Assembly (NCBI RefSeq): GCF_964355755.1
Contig: NC_092672.1
Location: forward strand, 4,278,001-4,342,000
Reading direction: 5' to 3'
Source: Antedon mediterranea
Lineage: Eukaryota; Animalia; Echinodermata
DNA: 64,000 nucleotides
Shown: positions 1 through 14,640 of the stretch, piece after piece
Numbering within the stretch: position 1 is the stretch's first letter
Layout: every line of letters begins with the position of its first letter
Translations under genes and position numbers: made by a program
The notes under the pieces: model-generated
The model's input: only the letters and a program-made list of their open reading frames with translations
Database searches by the model: none
Told to the model about the DNA's origin: nothing

Positions 1-1405
1 CAGAATCTGCTTCACCTTCCTCAGACTTTTTTTTATTTTTTTTGCCTTTTTTCTTTGGACTTTGTGCAACCTAGTATAGTGTAATAAAAATGTATTACTG
101 TATTAGAAGAAATTGAAACAAACATATATTTGATAGTTAATATTTAATTATTTAGACCAAGGCATATTATCACCCCAAAAAGTTTAGATCTTGTGCCAGG
201 TATTTCTGTAACTTGGAAAAGATATAAATTAATATGTACATTATATATAATATATAACTTCAAAGGCAAATTACTGAAAAAAAATGACAATGCTGTGGGT
301 ATCAGTGGCTGGATCTCAATAGAGATACAAAAAAAAGCGAAAAGCTAGATCAATATACATGAACCATACACTAAATTTGAACTTCACTGTTTAAATAACT
401 TATTGTGTTAAATGCAAAATAATCTCATAATTTAGTTTAAAATAATAATAAAAAAACAAAACAAATATTAGTCTTACTTTGATGCTTTTGACCAGACCAT
501 ATGCCATCGGCATATGTGCCGGGGGCTGTAAACCTTCGTTAAAATCGACCTGGTATTCCTGTTTCAACCAACGAATTGTCAACGGCAGACGACACCATGG
601 TGCTGTTCTTAACATGTTACTTACAATACGGAATCGAAATTGGAATTGGTTCTCTTTTGTGGATTTGCCAGGGAGTGTTTTCAGTCGGCGTGAAGATTTT
701 GGATGCTGCCATGCCCATTCAAACTGAAAAAAAATGAATGTAAATATATATTTCAAATTAAAACATATTTTTAATTAAGTTTGAAAATTTAAACTTATCA
801 TAACAATTTTTACAGAAATTCTGGGTTGGAATTGGGAATGCAAAAAGTGAAAGCGAATGTTGCAGAGAGACCATACACCACCTACCCTCAATGCTGAAAT
901 GTCATTTGGAAAACCATGGATTATTAACACCATTTGCCTGAAGGAAAAAAAAAGACATTTTATGATTATATTTTGTATAAACTTTAAATAATAGCAATGT
1001 TACTTTATATTTATCCTTGGTATAGATGAATATGCAAGCAATATTCTCTAACTATGCCGACACAAAGAGGAAAGGTTACCTATCAATAATGTACTAGCCT
1101 AGTATTACTAAGTACAGTAGTTGTTTTATCCTATAATTCACGTGTACATGTATGTTTCAAGTTAAGGTCTATTTACAGCAGGCCTAGTAGTAGTACTAGT
1201 AGTATTAGTAATTAATACTATCCTCTTCTTACCATGGTCCTTTGCCACTTGTACGTCTTGCTCCACCAAATTTAGACCCTTTATTATGTTGTTGGATTCT
1301 ACGACTTGGATTTACTGTATAACCAATATATGTGCGACCTTTATATTTGGGGTTTTCATTTTTTAATAGATAAACACCAAAGAAATGTTCTATTTCTTGT
1401 ACCAT
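1..1405 (-). CDS. SLX1: Structure-specific endonuclease subunit SLX1 (GIY-YIG), 5' part; the gene continues off the left edge
   Basis: Exons 1405-1233, 937-886, 723-478 and 70-<1, joined by GT-AG introns in frame. They read [47 protein letters not shown] / [17 protein letters not shown] / [20 protein letters not shown], the characteristic SLX1 motifs. Confidence 0.95.
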
Positions 1406-1663
1406 CTTCACTACTCATCTTTTTTTCCAACTCCGTGTTTACTTCAATTTTAAAACATCGCCCCCTATCGACAACTCAATAATTTTGCCGTGTTTGGTTT
1501 AATTACTGTTAAATTATTTGTATCATTAATTTAAATACATTTTTAGAAAAATAAAAAGATTCAATTTACAAAATTATTTATTTACACATTTATAATATAC
1601 TTTGATTTACTGTTATGTTATTTCACTGACATCCTTATCAAACAGTTGTGAATAAGCCACAAG
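1406..1663. promoter_or_regulatory. Compact bidirectional promoter between SLX1 and COQ5
   Basis: Divergent ATGs at 1405 (-) and 1664 (+) are only 258 bp apart. The COQ5 ATG lies in a YY1/TISU-like CAAGATGGC context. Confidence 0.7.
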
Positions 1664-3967
<2,304 letters not shown>

Positions 3968-4412
3968 TTTTAGGGCGAAATAGAAAAAAGTAGCATTTAC
4001 TGTAAAACAAATATTGTAAAATTATAGGTCAGGAATAGATTTTAACTTTATATCAAATATTGTTTTTTTAATGAATAAAACAACTTGACAAAAAGCATAG
4101 TTTAACACTTTATTTTATTAACGTGTTTATTTTGATTAAGCAACAATGTCGTAAATCACAATACAACATTATTAATTGCAATCTAGCATTCAAAAGATCA
4201 GATTGTTGAGGGCTGAGATGTTACGGATATTCACCAGTCCTCCCATCCCATCCACAGGTCTTCTCATAAAGCCTCACAAATAGTACTACAGTACACCCTC
4301 ACAAGCCTGTTTAAATCTCACAAACTGAGCAAAGCTACAAAAAATGCACATCCGTTTTTTAACATAAAGAGGATGTAGTAAAACACATTCCCACTTCTTT
4401 TATTTCATTTCA

Positions 4413-7400
4413 CTATTCATCTTTTTTTTGTTTGATAGAACTATCATCACCTTCCTTCTTTTCTTTACCATTATTCTCTTTCGTTCCATCCACATCCTCA
4501 ACAATGTTCTTGATCATGCCATTCTTACCAAGAAATCCGAAAAGAAAGGCAGTTGCAAAGAATATAGCACAAAGAAGTTGAAAAGCGGACATATATTTTT
4601 CCAAAGTAGCTGCCGATTGTTCATTTCTGTTCCTTCTATCTTCTGAACTCTCACCTGGACCTCTTTTATGTGGCATCTTTTTGATGTCCTCTTTACTGTA
4701 AACTTTTCTTAAGTCTTCTTCTTGGGTGTCCATTTTGGTGTCGTCTTTTACCGTTTTGATCGGGGTTTTCTGGTCCTTCGGGTTGCCTGTGTCTGTTGTG
4801 CCACAGGGAGTTAAAATACAGCTTTTTCTGAACTTGGGAAGTTTAGAAATATTGCAGTTTCCAGGTCCAACGATCTTTTTGTTAGAAGCCTTGCAAAGTG
4901 GTCGTCTGGTCATTACTCCTTCACCACACGTTACTGAACACTAGTAAAGCAATGATATTTGTATTAGGTATGTTATATGAAATATGAATAAATTTCAATG
5001 TGTTTCTAAGCGGAATATAATCAAAATTATTATTGATTTCGATTAGGTTTTCAGCCAATTACAATGACGATTAAAAAATAATTCCTTCATTTCATCTGCC
5101 ACTTTTCTGTAACTGGGCAATTTAATAGGTCGCTTTAAAATTATTATCTGTATAGAGATAGTTCTCTTGATTTAATTTTGTGTGAATTTTTTTGTAATTT
5201 ATTTTTTTTTGACAATCAGCCTAATTAAACGAAACTAAGTTGCCGTCCACGTTGTTTTAGTCCTATATTTTATAGCGATAAATTACAATCAATGTTATCA
5301 AATTTAGTATAGGATCGTGTTAAAAATGTCGCGTTTGGTTTATCTTTCTTATCAGATCAGATATTTCTTTCATCTTTATTTTTTTATTATTAAAACTGCG
5401 AAATGGCCTATTCATGTGTTTGGTGCAAAATACATCTTATATCCTCATTAACTTACATCTGACCATTTTTCTTTTGTCCAACTGTACTTCATGCATGGTT
5501 GGAAAAACAGTTGTGTGGAGTATCCTCGTAAAGTGACGTTGTTGTCTGTGTGGAACGTCACATTTACGGTATGCGTCTTGCTGACGTACGGTTCTTGCGG
5601 CAGTATGTCTCCGCAGTAACGGTTCTTTCGATTCACTTCTACCTCACTTATCTAAGTATTGATAGATATATATTATCACATATATCATTGAAGTGCCAGA
5701 AGAATTCCTTCTTTTTATGAATTTTTAAGAAAATCGATACAGGCCTATCGCTTGATTTGTAGACTCAATTCAAGTGAAAATGTTTTAGTCTCAACGATAA
5801 TAAACAACGTCTTATATAAGTCAAAGATGCTCTCCTGGTGGAATGCCATCCTGAGAAGAGTAGTAGTAATTAGTACAGCACCGGTATTGCTTTTTTAAAA
5901 ATTCATTATTATACGTAATTTTACTTTCTGTGGACCAGAGATTCCGAAATAAAAGATTGAATGAATGAATGAATGAGTAATGCGTCTTCAAGTTACAGGA
6001 AATAATACACAATAAAGAGATATTCTACTTATAAGCGCTAACTCAATTATTGAGGATATCTTAGCCAAGGATTTTTCTTTAACATTTAATTTTACATTTT
6101 TAAGTGAAATTTTTATTTTTGGTTCCGATCTTCTTTCGAATTGTGAAAATGCTTTATTATTTTATTATGTACAACAATTTCTTGTTAATTCTGGAAGATA
6201 TAATTGATGTTTCTGTTAGTTGTTTTAAAATGTTGTATTTGTTAATCTGAGGCGCCTTGAAGCTAAGGGGGTTCCATCTTGTAAGGCGCCTCTGTGTAAT
6301 ATACTGAATAAAAAAAATAAAAAAAGTTACAGGAATTCAGTAATTATTCATCCGAGGTTACAATAAGCTTTAGAAGATAGAATAAATTGTAACATTTAAT
6401 TGTAAATGGCTTGAGTGAATTTAGTTATTTTGTTTAGTTAATTATAATATAGGCCTATACAATATATTTATTTATTTATTTTTGTCTTGCTCTGAACTGT
6501 GAGGGTCCTAAATGCTCAGCTTCGGCTGGATTGACCCTCGTAATCGACCACCCTCGATAATTGTTAAAATATTAAAATAAATATTGTTAGTTTGGCCTAC
6601 TGAAAAGGAGAAAATACGTAATTCTGTATCAAACCATTTTTCTCATAATCAGTTACACTATAAATGTGTATGCATTCAACCAAATATTATATTTGTAATG
6701 TATTGTATCTGAAATTCATCCCTTTTATTAAACTGAGCAAGTTGATAATGGTAATTCGATCCGGCCTTTTACCGTACATTCCATAGGCCTATTTAATTTA
6801 AATCATATACAATCATAGTAGTTACCTCTAAATAATCATTTATGCAACGTATCACAGGATTAATAGTGTTTTCAAGAGACAGATCTAGAAACACTATCGT
6901 CACACACCCTGATGGATTAGTGATAACTGTCTTCAAATCCAGATTGTCACCATACCCTCTGGGGTATCCTGGTGACTTCATCTCAATTGGTGACGAAATG
7001 TAGGTAACATCTTTTTGAGAAATGTGTTAATAAATAAAGAAAATAAATAAAGCACTTCATAATCAATGAATTATTATACATTAATGAGCAATCGTCACTA
7101 GGCCTCTAGGCTAGACCTAGAATTAATTGTAATAAAATTATAAAAAAAGTTTTTAATATGGCATAAAATAACAATTTAAAAAAATCTTCTCCTGCTGCAT
7201 GCTGCTATGTATAAGTATAAAATTCGTATGGAACTTTGTGATTAAACATTGAGTTTTTTATTATTTAATTTAAAAAAAATTAATATTTAATAAATTAAAA
7301 CATTGTTCCACCCCTCTACCTCCTCTGTAGTACCACACCACCGTCCGTACAGTAGCCTTACCCTCTTATTCCCATCAGCATTGAAGCTGCTAATGAAGGA

Positions 7401-7582
7401 GGGTACGTGTACTTTGCGTAAAAAAGAAGAAGAGAAGACATAAATGAATCGATGAATGGTTTGTCCTATTTTCAGATGATGATTTTACCTTGTTTTGATA
7501 ATGCGTTTGTTGAGTTGAACAGCAAAAATGTTACTAGAGAAAGAATAAAGTAGAACTGCCGCAACACTATGATGCTCATCAT
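4413..7582 (-). CDS. Type I membrane protein: signal peptide, CUB, TSP1, linker, TM, short tail ending KKDE (333 aa)
   Basis: Exons 7582-7489, 7010-6826, 5651-5457 and 4940-4413 (1002 nt, in frame). Hydrophobic N-terminus MMSIIVLRQFYFILSLVTFLLFNSTNA. CUB motifs SPGYPRGY, FLDLSLE..C.NDYLE, YCG, VTFHTD..RGY. TSP1 motif WSDCSVTCGEG..R..C. TM segment AFQLLCAIFFATAFLFGFLG. Confidence 0.85.
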
Positions 7583-8027
7583 GTTATAATTAGTCTTAAT
7601 TTTAAAATATAAAATCAAATTAAAAATCAATGGCAATCAATGCGTGATGGCTTCTCTCTCTCCTCCCGTCGTCCCTTCTTCTTATAACGTGTTGTAACTT
7701 TTGCGCATATACAGTACATTATACACACATAAATACGCGCTTGTAATTAAGCGCGCGAGTTATTAGCGCGCGAACCACAGTATTTTTACGCGAATGAAAT
7801 CTGCATTAACGTATTTCTTCAAATCTATTTTTATACCTCCATTATATTTTTAATAACATCAGACAAAAGTCACGCTTTCATTTTTATTTAAGTCTCTGGC
7901 AATGCATACTAATGATTGACGTAATCTGTCATATTACGTAACGTCGTACATGACGACGATGTAGGCCTATACTCTAGCCCCTCCTATCTATGATGTAATC
8001 ATAATGTGCACGTGATCTTTTACAAAA
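7583..8027. promoter_or_regulatory. Bidirectional promoter between the CUB-TSP1 gene and TMEM199
   Basis: Divergent ATGs 445 bp apart. Local CpG enrichment (GCGCGCGA twice), a CRE-like TGACGTAA at ~7917, and AAAATGGCG at the TMEM199 ATG. Confidence 0.6.
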
Positions 8028-9397
8028 ATGGCGACTTCCATAATACTCACGAGCAAAATTCAGAATTTTATAGATAGTATGATATCTGACTTTGCACCAG
8101 ATAATTTAAAGGGACAGTTAGACAAATATTCTTCGCAAAATTGTTCTGAGAAAAGTATACCTGCCTCACTTGTGATTAAAGCCTATAAATGTTTTACTGA
8201 AAATTCTAAAGGTATGTAGCCAGCCTAGCTTGAATGCCGTGTGACGGTTGATTTTGTAGTTGTCACACTTTGCTTATATTGTGTGGACAGTTCGTACCAG
8301 TCAATCTTTCTACAGTTCCACAAAGTTAATTTCGTGTCTGCTTCGTTTTCTTTTCAGATAAAGAAAAAATATATCTTCATGAATTATTAGAAGATAGTGA
8401 TTTATATTATGAACCAATTAAACAACCAGAAAGAGTAATTAATTTTATTTTTTATTTATTCGATAAACTAAAAAATAATGCCTTGATGGTATTAATAAAT
8501 TATTAGTTATGAGTTATCTTACCTTTAAGTAAGGCCTAAATTCATGGAAAACATCCGACTTGAAATTGAACATTAAAATATATCTATCAATTTTCTAATA
8601 TAATTTGATAAATGTCCATTCTTTTGCAGAATCCAGAACTTCTTAAAAGATTAGAAAAATTAAAAGCTCAACAAGAAAATAGAGATTACCAGCAGATGAC
8701 CAAGAACGTGAGAGTTGAGGTAATAGAAAATACATTGTTGACGATATCATCTTTACTCAATGCATAATTGTGTGTGGTTTAGTATGAAACATAGGAAAAT
8801 AGCTTTTGAAAAGTATATTTAATTTTTAAAACAATTTTTCTAAATATAATTGTTATGTAATTCAAAGTTTATGTACAGGTATGTTTCTTTATTTTCAGGC
8901 ATTTGGTGGAAGTATATTGTCTGATGTTGGAAAAGACTGTAAGTAGTACTGTAAACATTATAAAACCACAAATAAATAGAAATTTAGTCACACATTCACA
9001 AAGCTATCAAAATACTGTAATAATATGCGTTTTTATAATCTTTCTTTTAGTGCGGTCTACTTCGGCACAGCTTATTGGTGTATTGAATATTCTCCTCACT
9101 ATTGTTGGAGCTTTTGTGTTTGGGTACATGGCAACGTATTATATAGGAAAACCTACACCATATGTAAGTATCACTGCTAGCAGTAATATATAATTTAAGT
9201 GTATAGGTAGTTACTCAGGCATATAAGTGCAATAAGTATTTCATTAAGCTTTGTCTACACTATCAAACTTTATGTGACAAAAGAATGTGATGGTTATTTA
9301 ATGTTTTTCTTTTTTGTAGTGTATTATAACAGGATTTATTATGGCCACTGTAGTTGCTGTTGCTGATGTCTACTTCTTCATCAAATTTGAAGTTTGA
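8028..9397 (+). CDS. TMEM199: V-ATPase assembly factor TMEM199/VMA12, 193 aa
   Basis: Exons 8028-8211, 8358-8434, 8630-8719, 8899-8938, 9051-9163 and 9320-9397 (582 nt). Motifs YLHELLEDS, RNPELLKRLEKLKAQQENRDYQQMTKNV, two C-terminal TM helices and VAVADVYF. Confidence 0.93.
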
Positions 9398-10289
9398 ATT
9401 ATGTTTCAATTGAAGGACAAAATAAGAAGACGAAGAAGTCATTCCTCCTGTACATTGGAACATACAAGGACCAAAATAAGAAATACTGTGCCATATAAAA
9501 TAACATTTATTGGCAATCAATCAATCCATCAAGTAATCTTTATTGTGAACAGTATTTTAAAAAGATTGGAAATTTACAATCCAAAACCAGCTATTATTGT
9601 AGTACAGCAGATGGGCTCCGAGAACCAATTTTCTAAACAAATGTCACAACATATATGAATCATAAAGTCCTTTAAGAAAGTATGAAGTGAGAACATTGTA
9701 TTGTAATCTCTGGTGGTATTAATATTTTCTACAAAAGAGTTAATTCAAAATCAAATGATTGTATAAATAAATGTATATTATACCTATTATTTATTAATAA
9801 AACATTTATAAAAAAATTATGTGAAAAGTACTTTTTCTTTGACTGATGATACTGTACTAAGAAAAGTTGTGAAAATGTTCCACCACAACATCAATTTGTT
9901 ATTGGAACTCACGGAAATTTTAATTGTGGTACTGTACTGTGTATAGTATGTAGCTATTTATTTATTTTAACAATATTTTGTGGTCCATCCAACCGAATCT
10001 GATCATTAGGGACCCTCACAAAAATATAATATGACTTCAATTTTATTAGATAAATTGTAAAATGAATGTGCTGTACATTAAACACAATTTTACACAACAA
10101 TTTTGCAATTTAAAAATCTCAATAAATGATTTTTGTTTTTATGAGTTTGTGATTTGCAATATGAAAATACAGAATTATTTAAATAAATCATGGAGATAGT
10201 AGTATTATAGGACCATGAATAAATTAATGCGCGTTTTGATGGGAAGCATATTGATTGGCTTATTGTTCCCGCCGCCTCATCTATAGCTC

Positions 10290-10376
10290 GCTCAGAAAAA
10301 GGCACGCTATACACGTATGACGTGTCGATAGCCATTTTGGAAAATCGTCGGACTTCGAGAATTGTTGATACGGAAG
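10290..10376 (+). promoter_or_regulatory. Probable TSS region and non-coding first exon of the SWIM/MULE-derived gene
   Basis: CpG-rich patch with TGACGTG and a YY1-like GCCATTTT (10331). A strong donor AAG|GTAAGT follows at 10376/10377, and an acceptor lies just before the ATG at 11268. Confidence 0.55.
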
Positions 10377-11267
10377 GTAAGTGTTATTATCTGACTTAAA
10401 ATCATGATTTAATATCATAAAAAGTTAATAACATCAATCGATATATGATTGTGCCGATAGTTTTGATGATTTTATGTTCCATGCAAATAGGATTACGCCT
10501 TTATTCGTCCAAAAAGCTAATCGTATAGCCTAGTCCACCACCGTCCACTTTCCCACGAGTTGGGCCTAACAAACTGCATCGCGAGGTTTTTAAGTGCGTT
10601 TGTTCACAATGTGTTTTGAAAGAGGAAGTGATCCGACCCTGACTATTGAAACTGGCAAACAAACTGGTGTCCGTGAATCAAGGGATCCGTTCCCAGGGAC
10701 CTGGTTTGGGACATGATTAATGATTTTCATGGAAGTTTGTCATATTTTATTATTTGTTTATGTATTTTATTATATAATCTATTCTTTATTTTTTATTTAC
10801 TTAATTTATTATTATTGTAAATTTTAAATTTTCAGAACAATTTCAATCTTAAATAGAGATTTAATTATAGGCCCTAAAGGCAGATTACTAATTTTAAATA
10901 TTTTTTTTCAAATAAAAAAATACACACTAACAGGCCATGGATGGTGGAACAGTGGCCGACTCTTGTAATAAATATAGTGATTAAAAAATTATATAATTAA
11001 TAAAATCACTCTGCATATAATACAATTTCCTGTTATTCACACAGCCGCTGTGCGTATAGCCTGTCAATTAATTTTGAGTAGAAAAAAAAATTAATATAAT
11101 ATGAATAAAACATATGTTTTATTAAAATGTTGATTTTTTATGAGCACATTCAAAATCTTATTATTCTACTATCAATAAATTTAATTAATTATCATTAAGA
11201 CATTTTTTATGATTACTTAATAATTAATATTATTAATAATATTATTTTTCATTTAGATCTTTTCAGG

Positions 11268-13667
11268 ATGACTGAAACAGATACTATCATAGACGAGGCA
11301 TGTACATCTATTTCTGATGACACCGATCAAACAGCGCTCTCCCTATCAGTTGGCTCTGTGTTCGCTAACTGGGAAGAATTCAAAACTGCCATGGAAGCAT
11401 ACGAAGCTAACGCACATGTTAAGCTTATATTTGCAGACACAAGAAAAATAGAAACTGCAAACATTGCATATCGAAGGGAGGATGCTCCCGTGTATGATGC
11501 AAAGTTTAAATATGCTTATGCAAGACTTACATGTAAACACCATGGCAAATATCGTAGTAAAGGATCTGGCAAACGGCCCAATCAAAGGTGAGATATCTTT
11601 ATACAGTATTAGCCTCCATTCCTTCAATTTTGGACAGGAAATTCTTATCTTGTCTGCCGGTCTCCCAGGGTGCTGATCATGCTCTTATACTTTGACTTCT
11701 GGAAGAACAGTCTTGTACTGTGTTAAGGGGTCACCCAGTGTGAAATAGAAGAAATGATATACAATGATGGTCATGGGTCATGCTTGAGTGCATCTCATAG
11801 ACAAACATTACACCTCTAAACTATCAAGACATTTTTTATTTTCAGGAGTTACAAGACAAATTGTCCAATGCAATTTATACTGAGTGTGGATCGAGCTAAA
11901 GATATTATGTACATTCGCAGTGGCAACTTCACACACAATCACCCGACAGACGAAGATGTCGCCAAGCTGTACCCCGAAAATCGTCGGCTCAGCAAGTCCG
12001 AAAGGCAGTTCAGTAAGATACTCATGGACATGAAAGTTCCTCAAAAGGTATTTTGCGAAAGGGTGCGGGAGATGAGCCAAAAACCGCTGACAAATAAGGA
12101 TATCTATAATCTTCAAGCTCAGCTTCGTAAAGAAATGGCGGAAGAGGAGAAGACAGAGGTTCAGTCGTTACTGCATGAACTTCAGGATATAACGGAGAAA
12201 GACTCCGGGAGTGAAGTGGTGGTGAATGTTGATGGTAATGGACAGATTCAGGTTGTATTCTTTCAGACATCGTACATGAAAGAAGCTTATCTTAAGTTTC
12301 CAGAAGTTTGCATCGTAGGAGAGACAGATGACATCAACAGCAATGGGATGATTCTGTGTACCATAATGGTTCAAGATGGCAGTGGGACATTCCTTCCATG
12401 TGCTCATTTCTTACTTGCAAAATTAGATGAACCAACTATGGTATCTGCTTTTCAATTGTTTAAACAACCATTAAATGACGAAATATTTAACAAGCCATGC
12501 CTGTTCATCATAGGAAGTAGCAACTTAGATGTTGCAGTCTTTCAAAACCAGTTTCCAAATGCATCTATTAAACTATGTGAAACACAGATCTTAAAGAAAT
12601 TTAAGAATGAGACAATGAACATTGAAAACGGCAGTGAAAAACCACGAAGGCAAGGTCAACTATGGACCTTACTACACGCAATGGTGATGTCTAAGACTGA
12701 ATCGGAATACGAGGAACTTAGAACAAAAATGCAAGATTTACCATTTGCGAGTGCTTTCAACGAAACATGGCATCAACAGCGCCATCTATGGGTTGGATCA
12801 TTTAGAAACAAAGATTTGAATTATGGGATTAAGAATGCCAATAATCTTGTGAGCTTCCACGAAAAGGTCAAAGGTGTTGTGAATAGCTCAAGCACGGTGG
12901 CAGAATGCGTTAAAGGAATTCTAAAAATGGACAATCAGATGAAATTGGAGGCTAATCGTAAGAAGCTGCAAGCAATGATGACGACTTCGGTACCCATTGT
13001 CGATAACCCAGATCTAGAAGAACTTACGCAATTATGTACACGCTACGCTGTAAATTTTCTAGAGAAAGAGCTGACATTCATAACTTCCCTGAATGTTGCA
13101 CGAAATGAACTTGGCCAATTAATTATTACTGATGCGATTGGAGATAAGCAACTTGAAAATGACAACACATGTTCCTGTCTTTTCTATACAAATTTCAAAT
13201 TGCCGTGTAAACATATTTTTGCTATGCGTAAATTTCTGGAAAAGAAACTGTTTGACGATAGCATGATAGCAAGTCGATGGAGGAGGGATTACCAACATTC
13301 AGAATGTAAAGTTGAGGACATTGATTTTGCCAGCAGTCCGAGTGGAGATAAAAAGAAGAAAAGAGCAAGCACGGGCAATTCTGTTCCTGCACCTCCAGCG
13401 GCTAAAAAGGTAAAAAAAAACACCAGGAAGTCTTCAACATCCTCTCAGTCAATGACGCGTGATGAAAAATACGCCAAATCTACGCTGCTATGCCGACAGA
13501 TAGCTGGTATTATTAGTGAAGTGCCTCAACCACAGTATGAAAATAAAATTAAGATTTTAAAAGCACTTTGCACTCACTGGTTGGAAGGGAGTGAGGTTCA
13601 GCTCTTGGTCAAGTCAACTGCCAATGAGGAAGAAGATGAAGAATCGGCTCAAAATGGAAATGACTAA
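11268..13667 (+). CDS. ZSWIM1/3-like domesticated MULE (Mutator) transposase-derived protein, 713 aa
   Basis: Exons 11268-11587 and 11846-13667 splice in frame (RPNQR|SYKTNCPMQF). It has a FAR1/WRKY-GCM1-type finger (CKH..C..HNH), a MULE RNaseH-like core (FPEVCIVG, VQDGSG), a SWIM finger CSCLFYTNFKLPCKH and a basic NLS-like stretch (KKKKR..KKVKK). Confidence 0.88.
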
Positions 13668-14640
13668 TTTATTTCTTCTTATTTCATTTACGCAATAAAG
13701 ATGCTTATTATATCTTAAGTTGACCTATATAATGTATGTGACTCATCAGTTCATTTGTAAGTGTTGAGCAACATGGCCCGGCAAGGTAAAGAATTCAATC
13801 TGAGAGTGTAAAGCTCTGTCTACACTATCAAACTTTATGTTTTACTAAAAAATGTGCCAAATATGGTAGTGATATGGTGTCATCGTGTTCATATAAGGCC
13901 ACGATGATGTCATATCACTACCATATTTGAGCACATCACACTTTTTTTTTCAAACTCATTTGGTAGTGTTAACAGAGCTTTAGTGATACAAATAAAGGAA
14001 TGTTTTACATGTCTGATGCAAAATAAGACTGTACAGTAATTCTTAGTGAATTGGCAACATGCTATTAATGTTTGAAAAACTTTATGAACAGTTTTGTTTG
14101 GTTTTTTAACTTTCTCTTCAGAAAATCATTAGTAAATATTTAATTAAAAACTAATGAATGACAAATACAGATGTTATGACAAAAAGTACAAAGAAGTATA
14201 ATGTTTAATCATGGAGGAAATATTCCTCCATATCTTAATAGTGTTGTGTTATAAAGATAAATTTACTGTAAATATAAATTGATGATAAATTTTTTTAAAT
14301 GTCAATTTGCCAAAAAAGTATTGTTTTGCAAATTACAAAGTATTTATAAAGTTATTTACATATTAAAGTTGTTGCATTACGATGTTATTAACAGTTTCCT
14401 CACTGTGATATTGAGTTGTATTTCAGATGCATATATACAGATAAACTAAAGAATATATGCTTAACGTTTGAATGAAATGTAAAACTTTTTTTTAATGTTT
14501 CAATCGTGTTCATTTCTCAAAGAAGTAAATACTGTAAAACCGATCTTAGCTTGATTTGCAATGTAGATAAAGAATATTTTACAAAGAGTATATGAGAGTT
14601 GTAATGTGAATTATTTCGTCTAATAATATAGTGCTTCTTA

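Noticed and set aside
1233-1405. GIY-YIG ORF as a Penelope or homing endonuclease
   Set aside because: It splices into FEWAWQHP-containing exons typical of cellular SLX1, and there is no RT nearby.
4428-4944. Plus-strand ORFs opposite the CUB-TSP1 last exon, and similar antisense ORFs over NCoR and SWIM exons
   Set aside because: They are shadow frames of real exons with no splice or motif support.
11650-11810. Intronic H/ACA snoRNA
   Set aside because: The core matches the 3' tail of the Deu SINE (cagtctt..ggtcacccagt), and there is no convincing double hairpin.
11868-13667. Active Mutator transposase or autonomous partner of the nearby elements
   Set aside because: The DDE and CxxH positions appear substituted and no TIRs or TSD flank the gene. 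The ORF is exon 2 of a host-like gene.
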